A model generated the notes under the pieces. That model saw nothing but the letters and a program-made list of their open reading frames with translations, had not been told where the DNA came from and did not search any database. From the NCBI GenBank assembly GCA_964520555.1, contig CAZFNN010000004.1, positions 128,134 through 192,133 on the forward strand: a stretch of DNA of 64,000 nucleotides, in the 5' to 3' direction. The stretch's first letter is position 1; each line of letters opens with the position of its first letter. This DNA comes from an uncultured Ignavibacteria bacterium (GTDB taxonomy: Bacteria > Zixibacteria > MSB-5A5 > CAIYYT01). This document shows positions 60,052 through 64,000 of this stretch, piece after piece. The position numbers and the translations under genes were made by a program.

Positions 60052-62658
60052 ATGAGGAAGTCATTCATTATCGCGCTCGGAATTCTTCTGGCGCTGACCG
60101 CTCTGGCGCTGGCAGACGTCAAAGTTGCCAACATTGTGCGGCCGGATGTTCCCGATTTCGTCGGCTACGTGCCGAATGAATTTGTCGTGCAATTTAAGGC
60201 CGACCTCGGCAAGATCACGCAGGCCCGGACTGCACTCGGGCTGGTGGCGATCGGCAACGCCGCGCTCGACGAGTTGGGTCGCAAATACGAAGTCGCCGAA
60301 CTGCGCACGCAGTTCCCCGGCGCGCAACCCACCATGGTCAAAGGCCAGATACTCGACCTGTCCCGCTACTATGTCGTGAAATTCGAAAGCGGCCACGATC
60401 TGGAGCAGGTGATGGCCGAATACCGCGCCAATCCCGATGTCGAGTCGGTCGAGCCAATCGGCATTCACACGCTCTATGCCACCCCGAACGACGGCTTCTA
60501 CGATCCGGAACAGTGGCATCTCAACCAAACCAGCGACAAGGACGTTGATGCCCCGGAAGCTTGGGACGTCGAGACCGGTAACCCATCGATCATTGTCGCG
60601 GTGATGGACTCGGGCGTGCGCTACTATCACAAGGATTTGGGCGGCTCGAATGCCTCCTCGACCAATCCGGGCGGCACCGACGGCAATATCTGGATCAATC
60701 TGGCCGAAAAGAACGGCACGGCCGGCGTCGATGATGACGGCAACGGCTACGTCGATGACTGGGTCGGCTATGACTTTGTCACCGGCTTGACCGGCTGCTG
60801 GAGCGGCGAGGACTGCTCCACCGCCGACAACGATCCGCGCGACTTCAACGGCCACGGTACCCATTGCGCCGGCAACGTCGGCGCGATCAATAACAACGGC
60901 TACGCCAGCTGCGCGGTCGCCGGCGGCTGGGGCAATGGCACCCTGCAGCCAACCGGAAACGGCGTCAAGGTTATGCCGCTGCGCATCGGCTGGTCCCAGT
61001 CGTATCTGGGACAGGAAGCCGGCTATGTCCGCATGGATTTTGCCGCCTCGGCGTTCTACTATGCCGCCAACAATGGCGCGAAGATCGCCTCTTGCTCGTG
61101 GGGCGCTTCGAACTCCGGCGGGATTGATGCTGCCATTACATATTTCTTGAATGCCGGGGGGATGATCTTCAAGGCCGCGGGCAACGCCAACAATCAGACC
61201 TCCGACTATATGACCGCCCGCACCGACATTATCGCAGTGGCGGCCACCGATCAGAATGACTGCCGCGCCAGTTTCTCCAGCTACGGCACCTGGGTCGAAA
61301 TCTCGGCGCCGGGCGTGGCGATTCTCAGCTCCTATCACGATCATGCTGATGCAGCGAACGATTACGTTGCCACGATGGACGGCACTTCGATGGCCACGCC
61401 GATTGCTGCCAGCGTTGCAGCCTTGATCTGGTCGGCCAATCCGACCTGGACAGCGGTGCAAGTCCGTGACCGGCTGTATGCCACCGCTGACAACATTTAC
61501 GGGCTCTCCTGCAACAGCTCCTATGTCGGCAAGCTCGGCGCCGGACGCGTCAACGCCTACAATGCTGTCTTCTCCGGCGGCTGCACGGCTCCGACCGCGC
61601 AGTTCTCGGGCACGCCGTTGTCCGGCTCCGCACCGCTCACCGTGACGTTCACGAATTCGTCCAGCGGCACTACGCCGTTGAGCTATTCCTGGGCCTTCGG
61701 TGACGGCGGCACCTCGACGGCCACCAGCCCGGTGTACACCTACAACACGCCGGGAACCTACACGGTGACCCTGACCGCGACCAACTCCTGCGGCAGCGAC
61801 CAGGAAGTGAAGACCGGTTACGTTACGGTAACCGCGCCGCCGGCCTATACCGTCATTACCTTTGACAACTTTGAGACCGGCCTGGGCAGCTACACCGACG
61901 GCGGCTCCGATATGTCGCGCGCCCGCAGCACGACTTACTCGCATCAAGGCAGCTATTCGGCCGACATTCAGGACAACAGCGGCACCGCTTCGTCATTCTA
62001 TCACACGCTCGGCTATAACGTCACCGCCTACAACACGCTGACGGTTACCTTCTGGTTCCGCGCCAATAGCATGGAATCGGGCGAAGATTTCTGGGTGCAG
62101 TATTACAACGGTACGACCTGGCAGACGGTGGCGACCTACGCCTCCGGTACCGGTTTCAGTAACGGCGTGTTCTATCAGAAAACCGTCACGATTCCGCGAA
62201 CCAGCTACACCTTCCCGACCAATGCCAAGTTGCGGTTCATGTGTGACGCCTCCAATGATCAAGACGACGTCTACATTGATGAAGTCGAGTGGCGCGGATA
62301 CGTCACCGCTCCGATCATCGTAAATGAGGACACCGAATGGATCGGCGACGGCGAGTTGGCACGCGAATCGGTACTACCCGAGAGCTTCGAACTGAGCCAG
62401 AACTATCCGAATCCGTTCAACCCGACCACGACGATTAAGTACTTCCTGCCGGAGGTTGCCAATGTCGAATTGGTGATCGTCAACGTCATGGGCCAGACAG
62501 TGCGGACTCTGGTCAACGCCATGCAGGCGCCCGGCGAACATTCCGTCGTGTGGGATGGTCGCGATCAGTCCGGCGTGGCAGTTGCCTCGGGCATCTATCT
62601 CTACAAGATGCGGGCCGGCGACTTCACCGAGACCCGCAAGATGGTCCTAATGAAGTAA
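60052..62658 (+). CDS. Subtilisin-like serine protease (S8) with T9SS C-terminal sorting domain
   Basis: Catalytic triad VAVMDSGV / HGTHCAG / GTSMATP, a PKD-like middle region and a C-terminal NYPNPFNPTTTIKYFLPE...KMVLMK Por-secretion tail. GGAGGAGAGG RBS before the ATG at 60052. Confidence 0.85.
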   Translation: MRKSFIIALGILLALTALALADVKVANIVRPDVPDFVGYVPNEFVVQFKADLGKITQARTALGLVAIGNAALDELGRKYEVAELRTQFPGAQPTMVKGQILDLSRYYVVKFESGHDLEQVMAEYRANPDVESVEPIGIHTLYATPNDGFYDPEQWHLNQTSDKDVDAPEAWDVETGNPSIIVAVMDSGVRYYHKDLGGSNASSTNPGGTDGNIWINLAEKNGTAGVDDDGNGYVDDWVGYDFVTGLTGCWSGEDCSTADNDPRDFNGHGTHCAGNVGAINNNGYASCAVAGGWGNGTLQPTGNGVKVMPLRIGWSQSYLGQEAGYVRMDFAASAFYYAANNGAKIASCSWGASNSGGIDAAITYFLNAGGMIFKAAGNANNQTSDYMTARTDIIAVAATDQNDCRASFSSYGTWVEISAPGVAILSSYHDHADAANDYVATMDGTSMATPIAASVAALIWSANPTWTAVQVRDRLYATADNIYGLSCNSSYVGKLGAGRVNAYNAVFSGGCTAPTAQFSGTPLSGSAPLTVTFTNSSSGTTPLSYSWAFGDGGTSTATSPVYTYNTPGTYTVTLTATNSCGSDQEVKTGYVTVTAPPAYTVITFDNFETGLGSYTDGGSDMSRARSTTYSHQGSYSADIQDNSGTASSFYHTLGYNVTAYNTLTVTFWFRANSMESGEDFWVQYYNGTTWQTVATYASGTGFSNGVFYQKTVTIPRTSYTFPTNAKLRFMCDASNDQDDVYIDEVEWRGYVTAPIIVNEDTEWIGDGELARESVLPESFELSQNYPNPFNPTTTIKYFLPEVANVELVIVNVMGQTVRTLVNAMQAPGEHSVVWDGRDQSGVAVASGIYLYKMRAGDFTETRKMVLMK

Positions 62659-62683
62659 CTGCCTGACTCATTGCAGGCTGTCC

Positions 62684-62722
62684 GACGGGGTCGATGCCAA
62701 TCGACCCCGTCTTGTTTGTGCG
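62684..62722 (+). terminator. Rho-independent terminator of the subtilase gene
   Basis: gacggggtcgat-gcca-atcgaccccgtc is a perfect 12-bp stem followed by TTGTTTGTG. Confidence 0.7.
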
Positions 62723-62791
62723 CACTAATCGCTGCCCGGGCGTGCTCGTGTACCTCTCAGCTTGATCCGATACTAAAATGTCAACATTGGC

Positions 62792-62819
62792 TTGCCAAGT
62801 TGCGGCCATCCGCTAAATT
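62792..62819 (+). promoter_or_regulatory. Candidate promoter TTGCCA-N16-TAAATT
   Basis: Located about 50 nt upstream of the abfD-like ATG. The AGGAG RBS is at 62857-62861. Confidence 0.3.
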
Positions 62820-62867
62820 GTAGCAAACGATCGATATTGCGCTCAATTCAGCGCGCAGGAGTCAGCC

Positions 62868-64000
62868 ATGGCGATCAGCACCTACGACGAATACCTCGCA
62901 TCGCTCAAGCGGATGCGACCCAACATCTACAAATTCGATGAGTTGATTGAGGATGTCACCACCCATCCCGCGACCCGCCGCACCGTCGAAGGACATGGGC
63001 AAATCTACAAGCTCTCGGGCGATCCGGCCAATCACGACATCTTCCTCACGGCATCCCATCTGACCGGCGAACCGGTCTCGCGCTACCTGTCGCTGATTCA
63101 GTCCCCGGAAGACATGTGGGCCAACAGCCGGCTGAAACGGACGATGTTCCAGAAGACCGGCACCTGCACCGGCGGCCGCTGCGTCGGCTGGACGGCGATG
63201 AACGCGATGTACGCCGTCACCTACGACGTTGATCAGGCGCACGGGACCGACTACCACCGCCGTCTGAAGGAATGGCTCCTGGATGCGCAGAAGCGCGATA
63301 TCACGATCTCCGGCGCCCTCACCGATCCCAAGGGCGACCGCGCCAAAGCGCCCTCCGAGCAGGATGACCCCGACATGTTCCTGCGCATCGTCGAGCGTCG
63401 TCCCGACGGCATCGTTGTACGCGGTGCCAAAGTCATGATCTGCGGTATCGCTGCCGCCAATGAGATCTTTGTGCTGCCCGGCTCCGGTTACAAAGAGGAA
63501 GACAAAGACTACGCCGTCTCCTTCGTGATCCCGCGCGACAATCCGAATCTCACCATCGTCGAGACGCGCCATCCCAGCGATGACCGCGAATATCAGGAAG
63601 GCTTCGACGCGCCGGTCGATGAAGGCGGTATCACGCAGGCGTACTTGTTTTTCGAAGACGTCTTCATTCCTAACGAGCGCGTGTTTATGGCGGGCGAGTG
63701 CAAATTCGCACAGAGCGCGGTGCTCAATTTCATCTGCAACTATCGCGCCGCGATCGGCGGCTGCGTCGCCGGTCAGGGCGATGTCAAGATCGGCGCGGCG
63801 TTGTTGACCGCGCGCGCCAACGGGCTCAATTCCAAGGTCTTCAAGGACAAAGTCATTCAGATGCAGATCAACAACGAGACCACTTTCGGCATGGGTATCG
63901 CCGCTGCGGCGATGGGCAAACGCCATCCCTCCGGCGCGTGGTTCTCGGACCAACTGCTGTCGAACGTCAACAAAGTCCTTGTGGCGACGCTCCCCTACGA
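62868..64000 (+). CDS. abfD: 4-hydroxybutyryl-CoA dehydratase / vinylacetyl-CoA isomerase family (HpaB-fold flavoenzyme), 3'-truncated by window end
   Basis: I translated it by hand: [23 protein letters not shown]...[38 protein letters not shown].... This is near-collinear with Clostridium AbfD ([38 protein letters not shown]). It is absent from the ORF track because there is no stop before the window end. Confidence 0.8.
   Translation, partial: [377 protein letters not shown]

Overview
This is a high-GC (~60-65%) bacterial chromosomal segment. The organism is most likely an uncultivated FCB-superphylum bacterium: a subtilase carries a T9SS C-terminal sorting domain, and several secreted proteins carry dockerin-type Ca-binding repeats. 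Coding density is very high, and the many long antisense ORFs in the track are GC-rich artefacts. Core genes present include phoH, aspS, mntP, recR, ybaB, dnaX (with an unannotated SRP RNA just upstream), lepA, lepB, htpX, sppA, trmH and a tfoX-N gene. There is a peptidoglycan-recycling operon (GGDEF-nagZ-anmK-spoIID-ompA-like) plus a dockerin-tagged Amidase_3, and an unusually large set of proteases (two S9, an M16 pair, SppA, M14, tricorn, T9SS subtilase). The most notable content is respiratory and extracellular electron transfer (EET). A three-gene operon (49515-53185, minus strand) encodes a periplasmic ~11-heme cytochrome, a 528-aa outer-membrane beta-barrel and an outer-membrane lipoprotein hexaheme cytochrome, which is the MtrA/MtrB/MtrC or Pcc porin-cytochrome architecture. 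It is preceded by a 370-bp AT-rich leader carrying a perfect and a near-perfect CRP-type TGTGA-N6-TCACA palindrome. Elsewhere there is an ImcH/NapC-like inner-membrane heptaheme cytochrome and a tandemly duplicated monoheme cytochrome c lipoprotein, promoter included, inserted between lepA and lepB. Other points: a type Vd patatin autotransporter (PlpD-like), a low-GC orphan lipoprotein islet, and a partial 4-hydroxybutyryl-CoA dehydratase gene at the window end that the ORF track misses.
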